Of a DNA stretch of 64,000 bases, positions 1-10,678 are shown one piece after another. A model generated the notes under the pieces. That model saw only the letters and a program-made list of their open reading frames with translations, ran no database searches and was not told where the DNA came from. The translations under genes and the position numbers were made by a program. Numbering within the stretch: position 1 is the stretch's first letter; the number at the start of each line of letters is the position of its first letter. This DNA is from an uncultured virus (IMG/VR IMGVR_UViG_3300036985_007154) (Duplodnaviria > Heunggongvirae > Uroviricota > Caudoviricetes): IMG/VR virus record IMGVR_UViG_3300036985_007154; one strand, given 5' to 3'.

Positions 1-1
1 A

Positions 2-3000
2 TATCAAAATATTAATCAGTATAATTTTAGACGTTGGGGGATTAAACCCGTCAACGAAATTACCGATATCTGTTTGGCTTCAGACGAGAAGGACTATGAC
101 CAGGAGGTAATTTTTTCACCATTATTAATTGGTGAAGTTGATGGAAATAGAATGCCATTCAGATTTGATTTCAATAGTACTGCAACAACGATATGCCAAT
201 CTGGAGTATGTACTTTTGATGATAATGTTATCGTTTCTGAAAATTATTGGAATCCTGATGACATTGACCCTAACTTTTGTCCCATAATTACAAATATTTG
301 TGACGTTGGTTTGACTGGTATTGATAATGGTTTGGTTAAAAACATGTCGGGTGAGACAATCCAAATAACCACAGGACTTTACACAAACAATTCAGACAAA
401 TATAGTAGATACAAGTACGATAGGAGAATGAAACTTCACCCTATCACAGGATTTACTACCACACAAAATCGACTTTGGAATGATGATTCTTACAGTTACG
501 ATTTGAACTATGCAACTGATGGCGGCACAGTTGGATATTTCGCAAGATTAGATGGTGGATTTTTCCAAGGGTTCTACAAAATACCTGGATATGATTATCA
601 AATTTTTCCACAGAGAGTATCATTAGGGTGGACATCTGAATTCATGTTAAGATACAGATGGACAGGAGATACTTCTGTCGGACTTAACGCAAGATATCCT
701 GATAATAAAGGTACGTTCTTTTATATGGGTTCAAGAGCGGAGAACAAATTCTATCACTACGCTGACGGAGAACCAAAACAAGATACTGGTTATACAAGAG
801 TAACTTCAGGTTTAACTTGTATGCATACTTGTGGTTGTGCTAGTTCGGCAAATACATCATCACAATGTTTACAAGTGTATCAACCATCGGGAGGTACGAT
901 AACTCACTGTACTTGTGGATGTCCTTGTGATTGTCAAACAAACGCCAAATACCCTGAAAAAGACCCGTTATATGATGGAGTATCTAACGGATTATCATTA
1001 AGACTTAGTGGTGACACAGGAAGTCCAAGATTATGTGTTAAGACATATAGAATCACTGGAGGTTGTGAATTTAGCGGAGCTTGTCTTACAGGTTTGACTT
1101 ATCACACTGGAACATCTGTAACTGAATGGTGTTCAACAAGAGGAATCTTTGACGACTGTAGTGGAACTACATATCAAAATGTAGAACATTGGGTTCAGAT
1201 TGATGCGGTGTTCCAAAGATACGAATGGTTAGATAAGTGTGACTTATATGATAAAGGTGGGTTAGGGTTACTTGTTAAAGACACTTATTTTGCAACAATA
1301 GAAGATAGAAGTGTCACTTTAATTGAACCTCCATTAACTCATGAACAGCCTTATGACCCACCAAGTACCGAAGTTGTTACGTTTAACGACATGTGGACTG
1401 AAGAACAAAAGTACAGATTAGGTACCCTTAAGTTTTATGTTAATGGAAAATTATTCTTGGTTACAGAAAACTTTGAGGAGATTATTCCAAGACTTCTTAA
1501 TGTTGAAAAAGAAAAACAAATTGGGGTTGGTTATAACATTTCTGTCGGGGGAGGTACTCAAGGTTTACATGACAACTTAACTTTTTCAGGTGGATGTCCT
1601 GCGGAATTAAGTGGAATAACTTACCAACAAGATCCAGAATGTTTAACTGATTATGACTTAGAACACACAGAGTATTCTGGCCTTACAACTCAAATAAGAT
1701 TAGAAGAAATTTTTGGTGGTAGTATGATTGGTGATGTTAGTGCATTTAGAATGTATACTGAACCATTAAACGCTTCTCAAATCAAACATAATTTTAGAAT
1801 ATTAAAAAACAGATATAATCTATTAGACCCTGACTGTTTAAATTGTAGAATTACAATACCAAATAATGATTTAGTTTATCTACCATTACCTTGTAATGAT
1901 TTAGGATATTTGATGGTACCATGTAATGATTTGTTTTCTTCTTTCTATCCATGTCCAACAACAACTCCTACGGTAACTCCAACACCTACAGTAACTCCAA
2001 CAAATACTGAGACAAATACTCCAACTCCAACTAATACACCAACTAATACCGAAACACCTACGGAAACGCCGACCAGTACTCCTACGGAAACTCCAACTAA
2101 TACTCCAACACCAACGGTAACACAAACACAGACACCAACTAATACCGAAACACCTACAGTTACTCCAACAGAAACTCCGACTCAAACTGCGACTCCAAGT
2201 ACAACTGCGACTGCTGGATTAACTCCGACTGCGACAGAAACTCAAACACCAACACCAACTAACACTCCAACTAATACGACTACTAACACGCCTACCAATA
2301 CAGAAACACCAACTAACACTCCAACAGAAACTGAAACTTCCACACCTACGGTCACTCCAACAAATACAGAAACACCAACATCTACGCCAACAGAAACTCC
2401 TACTAATACTCCAAGTGAAACACCAACAAACACTCCAACTAATACTGAAACAAGTACACCAACTCCTACAAACACTGAAACGCCTACACCAACAAGTAGT
2501 GAGACTCCTACTGAAACTCCGACTCAAACGGCAACACCAAGTACGACCCCAACAGCTGGCATGACTCCGACCGCAACAGAAACTCAAACTCCAACACCTA
2601 CTGAAACTCAAACATCTACGCCAACAGAAACGCCGACCAGTACTCCTACGGAAACTCCAACAAACACACCAAGTGAAACACCTACAAATACACCAACTAT
2701 AACAACAACTAACACTGCTAGCGTAACACCAACTAATACTGAGACTCCTACTCTTACGCCAACCAATACTCTAACTCCGACTAATACAAACACAAATACT
2801 CCGTCTCCTACACCAACTGAAGCTCCAATTGTTACCACAGGGTTGATAATGGATTGGGATATACAAAATTCAAGTTCCTATAGCGGTACAGGTACAACTA
2901 TAACCGACTTGAAAGGAAATATTAATGGAACTATGACGGGAACAATTGCTTATACGAGTGCATCTCCAAATTATTTAACCATAGATGGTGGTGTTTCTGA

Positions 3001-3526
3001 ATATATCTACACCGCAAACATCAACCCATATTTATCACCAGTCAACACTGGCACCGCACAAACAATTTTACTTTGGATTTACCCTACCTCAAATGGAATA
3101 ATATATTCTGAGCAAGGTACTTTGACTCCTGGCACAGGTTGGCATGATACACAGATTCAAAGAGATTCAAGTGATAGATTTTTATTCGGTGTGTGGCAGT
3201 ATATCATAGATTCCGCGCCAATAACTTCAGGTGTATTTGCACTAAATAATTGGTATCATGTCGGTTGGACATACAATGGAACTCTTACTGCATATGTAAA
3301 TGGAAATAGTGTAGGAACGTCGACTTACGTCAGAAGTACTCCTTTCAATAACGGATTTTCTTCACCAATGTATTTCAATTTTGGATATCCAACTACCACA
3401 GATATGACTACAACAACATCGACATGTTCTTACAGATTAGGCGCTTGTCAAATTTACAATCTTGGACTTACGGGAGCCCAAGTATTACAAAACTTCAACG
3501 CAGATAAATCAAAATACGGATTATAA
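2..3526 (+). CDS. Large putative virion appendage protein (5'-truncated): Cys-rich LamG/ConA-like region, ~290-aa Thr/Pro stalk, C-terminal LamG/ConA-like domain
   Basis: The frame is open from nt 2 ([13 protein letters not shown]...), so the TTG at 74 is unlikely to be the true start. LamG-like motifs: 'LKFYVNGK...[17 protein letters not shown]' and '[20 protein letters not shown]...[17 protein letters not shown]'. T/P repeat at about 1952-2827. Confidence 0.75.
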   Translation, partial: YQNINQYNFRRWGIKPVNEITDICLASDEKDYDQEVIFSPLLIGEVDGNRMPFRFDFNSTATTICQSGVCTFDDNVIVSENYWNPDDIDPNFCPIITNICDVGLTGIDNGLVKNMSGETIQITTGLYTNNSDKYSRYKYDRRMKLHPITGFTTTQNRLWNDDSYSYDLNYATDGGTVGYFARLDGGFFQGFYKIPGYDYQIFPQRVSLGWTSEFMLRYRWTGDTSVGLNARYPDNKGTFFYMGSRAENKFYHYADGEPKQDTGYTRVTSGLTCMHTCGCASSANTSSQCLQVYQPSGGTITHCTCGCPCDCQTNAKYPEKDPLYDGVSNGLSLRLSGDTGSPRLCVKTYRITGGCEFSGACLTGLTYHTGTSVTEWCSTRGIFDDCSGTTYQNVEHWVQIDAVFQRYEWLDKCDLYDKGGLGLLVKDTYFATIEDRSVTLIEPPLTHEQPYDPPSTEVVTFNDMWTEEQKYRLGTLKFYVNGKLFLVTENFEEIIPRLLNVEKEKQIGVGYNISVGGGTQGLHDNLTFSGGCPAELSGITYQQDPECLTDYDLEHTEYSGLTTQIRLEEIFGGSMIGDVSAFRMYTEPLNASQIKHNFRILKNRYNLLDPDCLNCRITIPNNDLVYLPLPCNDLGYLMVPCNDLFSSFYPCPTTTPTVTPTPTVTPTNTETNTPTPTNTPTNTETPTETPTSTPTETPTNTPTPTVTQTQTPTNTETPTVTPTETPTQTATPSTTATAGLTPTATETQTPTPTNTPTNTTTNTPTNTETPTNTPTETETSTPTVTPTNTETPTSTPTETPTNTPSETPTNTPTNTETSTPTPTNTETPTPTSSETPTETPTQTATPSTTPTAGMTPTATETQTPTPTETQTSTPTETPTSTPTETPTNTPSETPTNTPTITTTNTASVTPTNTETPTLTPTNTLTPTNTNTNTPSPTPTEAPIVTTGLIMDWDIQNSSSYSGTGTTITDLKGNINGTMTGTIAYTSASPNYLTIDGGVSEYIYTANINPYLSPVNTGTAQTILLWIYPTSNGIIYSEQGTLTPGTGWHDTQIQRDSSDRFLFGVWQYIIDSAPITSGVFALNNWYHVGWTYNGTLTAYVNGNSVGTSTYVRSTPFNNGFSSPMYFNFGYPTTTDMTTTTSTCSYRLGACQIYNLGLTGAQVLQNFNADKSKYGL
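1952..2827 (+). repeat. Coding low-complexity Thr/Pro(Glu/Asn) repeat ([12 protein letters not shown] units)
   Basis: Seen directly in the translation; includes an exact 35-nt duplication at 2063-2097 and 2627-2661. Confidence 0.95.
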
Positions 3527-3528
3527 AG

Positions 3529-4098
3529 ATGTATACAACAGACTGTAACTATTTTATTATAACCAACTACAATAATGTCGAAGAAGGATATTATAAATGG
3601 ACTGGTTGTACGGATATAATTAGTGTTTCATCAATTAACCCATTACAAGTACAATATGTTTGTGCTAAGGATTTAATTGTTGAAAGTTATGGCGCTCCTC
3701 TTACAATATCTTTAGTAGGTTTGTGTCCTTCAACAACACCAACTCCAACCATTACGTCAACACCAACTCAAAGTTCTGTAACGCCAACCCCAACCTCAAC
3801 TTCCCCAACTCCAACACCCACAACAACACCAACGGTTACACCAACAACAGTTTATATGTATAATCTAAGAACAGGTGGATGGTATCAAAATGTTTGTCAA
3901 TCTGTTAATATGATTGCAAATCCAACAAACGTAACAATCTACACTTCAAAACCTTTTGAAATTTTAGAAGTGGGCGATTACGTATACGGTAACCAATCTT
4001 TAACAATTCCACCAGTTAATGCCAATTTTACAATCTCAAACGGAGGTAGGTTTATTCAACTTAGCGGTAATCAAATTATTAATGTTGGGGTATGTTAA
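3529..4098 (+). CDS. Thr/Pro-repeat protein with two small Cys-containing modules
   Basis: 189-aa ORF starting 2 nt after the previous stop; central PTPTPT linker; Cys-bounded modules on both sides. Confidence 0.8.
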   Translation: MYTTDCNYFIITNYNNVEEGYYKWTGCTDIISVSSINPLQVQYVCAKDLIVESYGAPLTISLVGLCPSTTPTPTITSTPTQSSVTPTPTSTSPTPTPTTTPTVTPTTVYMYNLRTGGWYQNVCQSVNMIANPTNVTIYTSKPFEILEVGDYVYGNQSLTIPPVNANFTISNGGRFIQLSGNQIINVGVC

Positions 4099-4131
4099 TA
4101 GATAAAATAAAATTTTTGAGTATTTATTAAC

Positions 4132-4920
4132 ATGGCAGATTGTGGTGTATCAATTTCAAGTGTAAATTTAAGCGGATTAACAACCGAAGTTACGTTTCTT
4201 CCTCAAACAGGAGGGACTGCTGTTGACTTAGGTAATCAAATTTTTCCGTTTAGTTATGTTGCGAATTATTATTACGGAACATATAATTGTTACGTTCCAT
4301 TATATGCTTACACATATAGTATATCAATATTAGGTCCAACACCAACACCTACACCAACGGTGACATCAACTCCAACCAACACTCCGACTAATACTTCGAC
4401 ACCAACAGTAACACCTACTAATACTTCAACACAAACAAACACCCCGACTGTAACTCCAACCAACACTCTGACTAATACTTTAACACCAACCAATACTCCA
4501 ACCAATACACAAACTCCGACAACCACGGCAACTCAAACACCAACAACAACTCCAACTCGGACTCCAACACCAACAAATAATAGATTTGGGTTTGCGGTTT
4601 ATACTGGTTTGACTTCAGACGATGCATGTTCACAGGTTAATATACCGACAACAATCTATGGTGACGAATCATTGTTTGACGAAAACACTCAATTCTATAA
4701 TAATTCATTTGGTACTGTTACTATTAATATGGTAGGATTTTATAATTACGACCAAGTTGTAATCGAATTATTTGCCAATGGTACAATAAATGGTGTATTC
4801 TCATTATGTGTTACACCGACACCAACTCCAACAATTACGGCAACAAATACTCCAACACCTACAAATACTGAAACACCGACTATTACTCCAACTACTACTC
4901 CAACAGTGACACCCTCATAA
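4132..4920 (+). CDS. Thr/Pro-repeat protein with two-Cys module
   Basis: 262-aa ORF preceded by TATTTAT (4121-4127); two T/P tracts flank a 'DAC...TIY...FY...GFY...C' module. Confidence 0.8.
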   Translation: MADCGVSISSVNLSGLTTEVTFLPQTGGTAVDLGNQIFPFSYVANYYYGTYNCYVPLYAYTYSISILGPTPTPTPTVTSTPTNTPTNTSTPTVTPTNTSTQTNTPTVTPTNTLTNTLTPTNTPTNTQTPTTTATQTPTTTPTRTPTPTNNRFGFAVYTGLTSDDACSQVNIPTTIYGDESLFDENTQFYNNSFGTVTINMVGFYNYDQVVIELFANGTINGVFSLCVTPTPTPTITATNTPTPTNTETPTITPTTTPTVTPS

Positions 4921-4983
4921 ATTTTTAAAATAAAAAATAAATTCATATAATTTACACTATTTATAAATTAAATAAGAAAAACA

Positions 4984-6036
4984 ATGGCATGTAGTAAATA
5001 TATCCTCACGAACACTGGTTCGACAATAGTAAACTTCAGTTATAGAAGATGTGATGATTCTCTTTGGGATTATCAAGTTGAATTATCTCCTAATCAAACT
5101 AAAAATATTTGGGTAATTGATGGTACCTATACAGTGGCTTCGGCATTTAAGTCGTTGATAGTTTTAGTTAATGAAGGAGCATTTCCACCAATTTCGGCAA
5201 CGAGTACACCTACTCCATCTCCAACTGTAACACCAACTAATACTGCAACGCCAACAAATACTGCAACTAATACACCAACACCAAGTGTCACCACAACTCA
5301 AACTGGTACTCCAACATCAACCCCTACACAAACTAACACCGGTACTCCAACTCCTACACCAACTAACACTGGTACTCCAACACAAACACTGACTCCTACT
5401 AATACTCAAACTCCAACTAATACTACAACACAAACTCCAACTCCAACACAAACTCCAACATCACCACTTCAATCGTTTAGTGTTTACTCAGCGATAACTT
5501 CTAACCAAGCTTGTGTTAGTGGAATTGCGGTAACAATATACGCATTCAACGCATTATTTGACCAAAACACACAATTCTATACAACATCTACAGGTGGTGT
5601 GGCATCTAACATGGCAGGTTTCTATAGTGACGGTACTTCTGTTACTGAATTAAATAGTGGTGGTTTACAAGTTGGTTCGTTTACATTATGTTCGGGATTA
5701 GTAACCCCAACACCAACGGCAAGTAGTACAAGTACACCAACACCGACACCAACATTAACTCAAACACCAACATCAACTTTCGCTTGGTATACATATAGTT
5801 TAGGTACAGGTGCAACATCAAACGATGCATGTACAGCGTTTAGTGCTTCCCCTCAAACAATTTATGGTTCTATCGCAGGTGGAGTAGGACCAAACGTAGG
5901 TGAGTTCTTATACGAAGCAACAGGAAGACCTCTTACAGATGTAGTACCTAATGGATTCTATTCTAACGGAACCGCTTGGTACCAAGTTACGGGTGGTGCT
6001 GGACAAATTACCTCATCAGACCCTAACGGATGTTAA
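4984..6036 (+). CDS. Thr/Pro-repeat protein with three small modules
   Basis: 350-aa ORF preceded by TATTTATA (4958-4965); two T/P tracts; two copies of the two-Cys module. Confidence 0.8.
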   Translation: MACSKYILTNTGSTIVNFSYRRCDDSLWDYQVELSPNQTKNIWVIDGTYTVASAFKSLIVLVNEGAFPPISATSTPTPSPTVTPTNTATPTNTATNTPTPSVTTTQTGTPTSTPTQTNTGTPTPTPTNTGTPTQTLTPTNTQTPTNTTTQTPTPTQTPTSPLQSFSVYSAITSNQACVSGIAVTIYAFNALFDQNTQFYTTSTGGVASNMAGFYSDGTSVTELNSGGLQVGSFTLCSGLVTPTPTASSTSTPTPTPTLTQTPTSTFAWYTYSLGTGATSNDACTAFSASPQTIYGSIAGGVGPNVGEFLYEATGRPLTDVVPNGFYSNGTAWYQVTGGAGQITSSDPNGC

Positions 6037-6062
6037 TTAAATAATTAAAAATAATATATTTC

Positions 6063-6094
6063 AAAAAACCCTTCACCTTCGTGGAGGGTTTTTT
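6063..6094 (+). terminator. Intrinsic terminator-like hairpin
   Basis: AAAAAACCCTTCAC-CTTC-GTGGAGGGTTTTTT; stem with one G-U pair, then a T-run, just after the T/P genes. Confidence 0.75.
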
Positions 6095-6119
6095 ATTTTA
6101 TAGTAAAAATATAAATCAA

Positions 6120-7382
6120 ATGAAAATTTTTATTCAGATAGCCTCTTACAGAGACCCACAGTTGGTTCCAACCCTTAAAGATATGATTGCAAATGCAAAA
6201 AAACCAAAGAATTTGGTTTTCGGTATTGCAAGACAATTTAGTGAATCTGACGGATTCGATAATTTAGACGAATACAAAAAAGACAAACGATTTAAAATAT
6301 TAGACATCCCATATCAAGAATCCAAAGGTGTTTGTTGGGCAAGAAATCTAACACAACAACTCTATGATGGTGAAGAATACACCCTACAAATTGACTCTCA
6401 CATGAGATTCATTAAGGATTGGGATGATGTGTTAATTAAGATGATTAAAGGGTTACAAAAGGATGGACATAAGAAACCTTTGTTAACAGGTTATGTCCCT
6501 TCATTTGACCCTGAAAATGAACCTGCAGGTAGATCTCAAGACGCTTGGAGAATGGCATTCGACAGATTCATTCCTGAAGGGGCAGTATTCTTTTTACCCG
6601 AAACAATTCCAGGCTGGAAAGAAATGACAAAACCAGTTACCTCAAGATTCTATTCCGCCCACTTCTGCTTTACAATCGGACAATTCTCAACTGAAGTACA
6701 ACACAATCCTGAATATTATTTCCACGGAGAAGAAATTTCTATCGCTGCTCGTGCTTACACTTGGGGTTATGATTTATTTCATCCACACATCCCTGTTGTT
6801 TATCACGAATATACTCGTAAAGGTAGAACCAAACAATGGGATGACGACAAAACTTGGGGAGATAAAAATAAACACTCTCACTTAACAAATAGAAAATTAT
6901 TTGGTATGGATGGTGAAACTCAAGAGGGACATGATGGCCAATATGGATTTGGTACGGTAAGAACACTTAGAGAATATGAAAGATACTCTGGTTTGTTGTT
7001 TGAAAAGAGAGCAGTTGACCAACATTGTTTAGATAAAAACTATGCTCCTAGTCCTGTAATTGAAGATGAGGAGGAATGGAAAAATAGTTTCTCAACAATT
7101 TACAAACATTGTATTGATATTGGATATTCACAAGTTACTGAAACCGATTATGATTTTTGGGTTGTCGCATTTCACGGGCCAAATGATGAAACTATTTACC
7201 GAAAAGATGCCGATAAGAATGAAATTGCAGGATTTATGAGAGACCCTGATAAGTATTGTAAAGTTTGGAGAGAATTCCCTACAACAATATTACCAACACA
7301 TTGGGTTGTTTGGCCTCACTCAGAATCAAAAGGATGGTGTGATAGGATAACAGGGCAATTAAACCACAATGTTATTAGTTAA
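6120..7382 (+). CDS. GT60-like (Gnt1/Gnt2-type) polypeptide GlcNAc transferase with an extra C-terminal domain
   Basis: Motifs 'IFIQIASYRD', 'GVCWARN', 'LQIDSHMRF..DWD', 'FHGEE', 'GYDLFHP...VYHEY' are typical of GT60. ATG 6120 is preferred because GTG 6081 lies inside the terminator hairpin. Confidence 0.8.
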   Translation: MKIFIQIASYRDPQLVPTLKDMIANAKKPKNLVFGIARQFSESDGFDNLDEYKKDKRFKILDIPYQESKGVCWARNLTQQLYDGEEYTLQIDSHMRFIKDWDDVLIKMIKGLQKDGHKKPLLTGYVPSFDPENEPAGRSQDAWRMAFDRFIPEGAVFFLPETIPGWKEMTKPVTSRFYSAHFCFTIGQFSTEVQHNPEYYFHGEEISIAARAYTWGYDLFHPHIPVVYHEYTRKGRTKQWDDDKTWGDKNKHSHLTNRKLFGMDGETQEGHDGQYGFGTVRTLREYERYSGLLFEKRAVDQHCLDKNYAPSPVIEDEEEWKNSFSTIYKHCIDIGYSQVTETDYDFWVVAFHGPNDETIYRKDADKNEIAGFMRDPDKYCKVWREFPTTILPTHWVVWPHSESKGWCDRITGQLNHNVIS

Positions 7383-8125
7383 TGAAATTTAATGAAATCC
7401 CTAAGTTTGTTGTTAATTTAGAAACAAGACCAGATAATCTTGAACTTATAAAAAAAGAAATGGATTATATCGGTTGGGAGTTTGAAAAGTTCAACGCGGT
7501 AAATAGAAACAGTTATATGGGTTGTACCCTATCTCATTTGGAAATTATTAAAATTGCCAAAGAAAGGGGATACGACCGAGTTATGGTTATTGAAGATGAT
7601 TGCGTCTTTATGCCATATGCTAAATCATTATTGGAAGATATTGAAAAACAGATTGACGGTATTGAATTTGGTGTTTTTAATATAACTCCAACATTGAATA
7701 GAAAAGTTAATGTTAGTGATAAATATGATTTATTATTGGATATTACAAATCTTCCTCCAAAAGAAGAACATCTTGCAGAAACATTTGCAACAAATATTTT
7801 AATATACGATAAATCTGTATATGATGAGATGTTTAATATTTCTTTAACAGCATTTACTGAATCAGGAAATTATTATTTTCCGATTGATGGGTATTTGGTT
7901 AATTTTATTTATCCTAACTTTCAAAGTTATTGTCCCGTATTACCAATTGCTCCACAAAGAAATTCGTATTCTGATGTTTCTCATGGTATGTATAATAACT
8001 TCTATACTCAAACATACAATTGGAATTTATATTCTCCTAAGAAACTACCCAATGAGTTTAAGAGTGAAGAGGGAAATGAGAAAATAAAACAAGAAAAAAA
8101 ACACGTTCAATATTATGTCAGTTAA
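7382..8125 (+). CDS. GT25-like glycosyltransferase
   Basis: 'VVNLETRPD', 'GCTLSHL', 'VMVIEDDC', 'PIDGYL' match the GT25 (Lic2A/LgtB-type) pattern; TAATG coupling to the upstream gene. Confidence 0.75.
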   Translation: MKFNEIPKFVVNLETRPDNLELIKKEMDYIGWEFEKFNAVNRNSYMGCTLSHLEIIKIAKERGYDRVMVIEDDCVFMPYAKSLLEDIEKQIDGIEFGVFNITPTLNRKVNVSDKYDLLLDITNLPPKEEHLAETFATNILIYDKSVYDEMFNISLTAFTESGNYYFPIDGYLVNFIYPNFQSYCPVLPIAPQRNSYSDVSHGMYNNFYTQTYNWNLYSPKKLPNEFKSEEGNEKIKQEKKHVQYYVS

Positions 8126-8996
8126 ATTTATAACGTCAATTTATAGTGATTTACACGGAACAGAATTAGGTGGTAGAACAGGTAGAAATGGTCATTACAG
8201 ATATAGTTTATTGTCATTATTAAAAATGACAGACTCTGATTTCATATGTTATACCTCAGATAGAGAAATAGAATCACTTAAAGAATTTTTCTACACCGAT
8301 AATAAAATTTCCGAAGAAAAGTTGAAGTTTCAAATTTTTAATATTAGTGATACTAAATTTAAAGATTTAATTAGTAAGAGAAAAAATGTAGAAAATACAA
8401 AAAATGGAGACAGATGTGTTGAAATTCAATACTCTAAGTTTCATTGGTGGTGGAATGAGGATAAGTCTTATGATTATTATTATTGGATTGATGCCGGATT
8501 TTCTCATTGCGGGTTAATTCCACCAAAATATTTAATTGGAGAACATCCTCAAATTAGATATTACGAAAGTAGTTTATTCAATAATGATTTTTTAAAAAAT
8601 GTGATTGAAGACACTGGTGATAAATTTTTGATTTTAGGTAAAGAGAATGATAGGAATTATTGGTCAGGAACTGTAAATCCTAAATGGTATACTGAATATG
8701 ATAGAAGTATTCACATCATTGGTGGTATGTTCGGCGGTCACAGAGACAAGTGGGATACTATAGTCAATATGTTTGAAAATTATATTGAGAATATATTAAC
8801 TGAAGATGATGGATTGCCTCACGAAGAACAGGTAATGAGTTTGATGTACGTAAATCATAAAGATTTATTTGTAAGAAAACATTTTGACATATGGTGGTAT
8901 AAAGGTAATTCACCCTCAGGTGTATCAGATGAAATGTTTGAACAAAATAAAAGTTTTTATAAAATATTAGAAGAATTTAATAGAATTTATGAGTAA
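8115..8996 (+). CDS. HtrL/YibB (WlaTC)-like putative glycosyltransferase
   Basis: 'YYWIDAG', 'GGMFGG', 'EEQVMS' motifs; paralogous to the N-terminal half of the next gene. Confidence 0.6.
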   Translation: MSVKFITSIYSDLHGTELGGRTGRNGHYRYSLLSLLKMTDSDFICYTSDREIESLKEFFYTDNKISEEKLKFQIFNISDTKFKDLISKRKNVENTKNGDRCVEIQYSKFHWWWNEDKSYDYYYWIDAGFSHCGLIPPKYLIGEHPQIRYYESSLFNNDFLKNVIEDTGDKFLILGKENDRNYWSGTVNPKWYTEYDRSIHIIGGMFGGHRDKWDTIVNMFENYIENILTEDDGLPHEEQVMSLMYVNHKDLFVRKHFDIWWYKGNSPSGVSDEMFEQNKSFYKILEEFNRIYE

Positions 8997-10662
8997 TATA
9001 ACATTAGTAACAGGTATTTGGGACATTGGTAGAGGAGAATTAACAGAAGGTTGGAGCAGGTCTTATCAACATTATTTAGATAAGTTTGAACAACTATTGA
9101 AGGTTGAAGAAAATCTAATAGTGTTCGGAGATGAAGAATTAAAATCTTTTGTTTTTGAAAGAAGAAATTCTGAAAATACTCAGTTTATAGTAAGGCCATT
9201 AAGTTGGTTTACCAACTCTGATTATTTCGACAAAATTCAAAAAATTAGAAATGATGACACTTGGAGAAGTAGAGCTGGATGGTTATCTGAATCAACTCAG
9301 GCTAGACTAGAAAACTATAATCCGTTAGTTATGTCAAAAGTGTTTTTATTACACGACGCCAAAATTATGGACCAATTCAATTCCGAATATATGTTTTGGA
9401 TTGATGGTGGATTGACAAATACCGTACATCCTGGTTATTTTACACATGATAAAGTTTTAGATAAATTATCAAAATATATTTCTAAATTCTCATTCATCTG
9501 TTTCCCATATGACGCGGAAAATGAAATACACGGATTTGAATATAATAAATTAAACACAATTGCTGGAGACAAAGTTACTAAAGTTGCTCGTGGAGGTTTC
9601 TTCGGAGGTCCTAAACATACTATTAGTGATATTAATGGAATTTATTATAATTTATTAATGTCAACATTAAATGAAGGTTATATGGGTACTGAAGAATCAT
9701 TATTCAGTATTATGTGTTATAAACACGCTGACCTTATTAATTATTTTGAAATTGAAGGTAATGGTTTAATTGGTAAGTTTTTTGAAGATTTAAAAAATGA
9801 CGAACTTAAACCAAAATCTGAAGGAAAAGTCTCTGTTGAAAATACTTTGGATATCAACAAAGTAGGTCTATACGTAATCACATTTAATAGTCCGAGTCAA
9901 TTTGAAACATTAATCCAATCAATGTTAGAATATGATAAAGATTTTATTCTCAAACCTAAGAAATTTTTATTAGATAATTCAACCGATTTATCAACAACTC
10001 CAAGATATAAAGAACTTTGTGATGAATACGGATTTGAACATATTAAGAAAGATAATATTGGAATTGTTGGTGGTAGAGTATTTGTTGCCGAACATTTTGA
10101 CGAAACAGGATTGGACTTCCAATTCTGGTTTGAAGATGACATGAGTTTTTACCTTAAAAAAGGTGAAGTATGTAGAAATGGTTTTAATAGATTTGTTCCA
10201 AACTTATATTCAAAATCATTACAAATTATGAAAAATGAAAATTTTGATTTTTTAAAATTAAGTTTTACTGAATTTTATGGCTCAAATGACATACAATTTT
10301 CATGGTATAATGTACCTCAACATGTTAGAACAGAATTATTTCCTGAAAAATCATCGTTACCTGTCCAAGGATTAGACCCAAATGCACCAAGAACTAAATT
10401 TAATAACATTAAAATACATCAAGGATTACCATATATTGACGGTGAAATCTATCTGTCTAACTGGCCAATTGTGTTAAGTAAATCAGGTAATTATAAATGT
10501 TATATTGAGACGCAATGGGCACATCCATTCGAACAAACTCTTATGTCGCATTGTTATCAAGAAACGGTTAAAGGCAATATTAAACCAGGTATTTTGTTAT
10601 TAACACCAACGGAACACGATAGATTCGAACATTACGATAGGGGGCTTCGTAAAGAGTCATAA
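8989..10662 (+). CDS. Two-domain glycosyltransferase: N-terminal HtrL/WlaTC-like, C-terminal GT-A (GT2-like)
   Basis: 'ITLVTGIWDIGR', 'FWIDGG', 'GGFFGG', 'GTEESL' in the first half; 'LYVITFN...LLDNS...FWFEDDM' in the second. Confidence 0.65.
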   Translation: MSNITLVTGIWDIGRGELTEGWSRSYQHYLDKFEQLLKVEENLIVFGDEELKSFVFERRNSENTQFIVRPLSWFTNSDYFDKIQKIRNDDTWRSRAGWLSESTQARLENYNPLVMSKVFLLHDAKIMDQFNSEYMFWIDGGLTNTVHPGYFTHDKVLDKLSKYISKFSFICFPYDAENEIHGFEYNKLNTIAGDKVTKVARGGFFGGPKHTISDINGIYYNLLMSTLNEGYMGTEESLFSIMCYKHADLINYFEIEGNGLIGKFFEDLKNDELKPKSEGKVSVENTLDINKVGLYVITFNSPSQFETLIQSMLEYDKDFILKPKKFLLDNSTDLSTTPRYKELCDEYGFEHIKKDNIGIVGGRVFVAEHFDETGLDFQFWFEDDMSFYLKKGEVCRNGFNRFVPNLYSKSLQIMKNENFDFLKLSFTEFYGSNDIQFSWYNVPQHVRTELFPEKSSLPVQGLDPNAPRTKFNNIKIHQGLPYIDGEIYLSNWPIVLSKSGNYKCYIETQWAHPFEQTLMSHCYQETVKGNIKPGILLLTPTEHDRFEHYDRGLRKES

Positions 10663-10678
10663 CAGTATATTTATTGTT

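Noticed and set aside
74..76. TTG start of the first ORF
   Set aside because: The frame is open from nt 2, so the gene most likely begins upstream of the window.
1952..2827. Repeat region considered as a CRISPR array or DGR template/variable repeat
   Set aside because: The repeats are in-frame coding units with synonymous variation. There is no repeat-spacer periodicity, no adenine-specific mismatch pattern and no reverse transcriptase in the window.
1901..4946. Minus-strand ORFs rich in VGVGV or CWS (1901-2185, 2219-2611, 2242-2475, 2608-2838, 4308-4526, 4746-4946)
   Set aside because: Shadow frames of the Thr/Pro codon repeats on the plus strand; no independent coding signal.
6081..6119. 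GTG start of the GT60-like ORF
   Set aside because: It lies inside the terminator hairpin; ATG 6120 gives the family-typical N-terminus.
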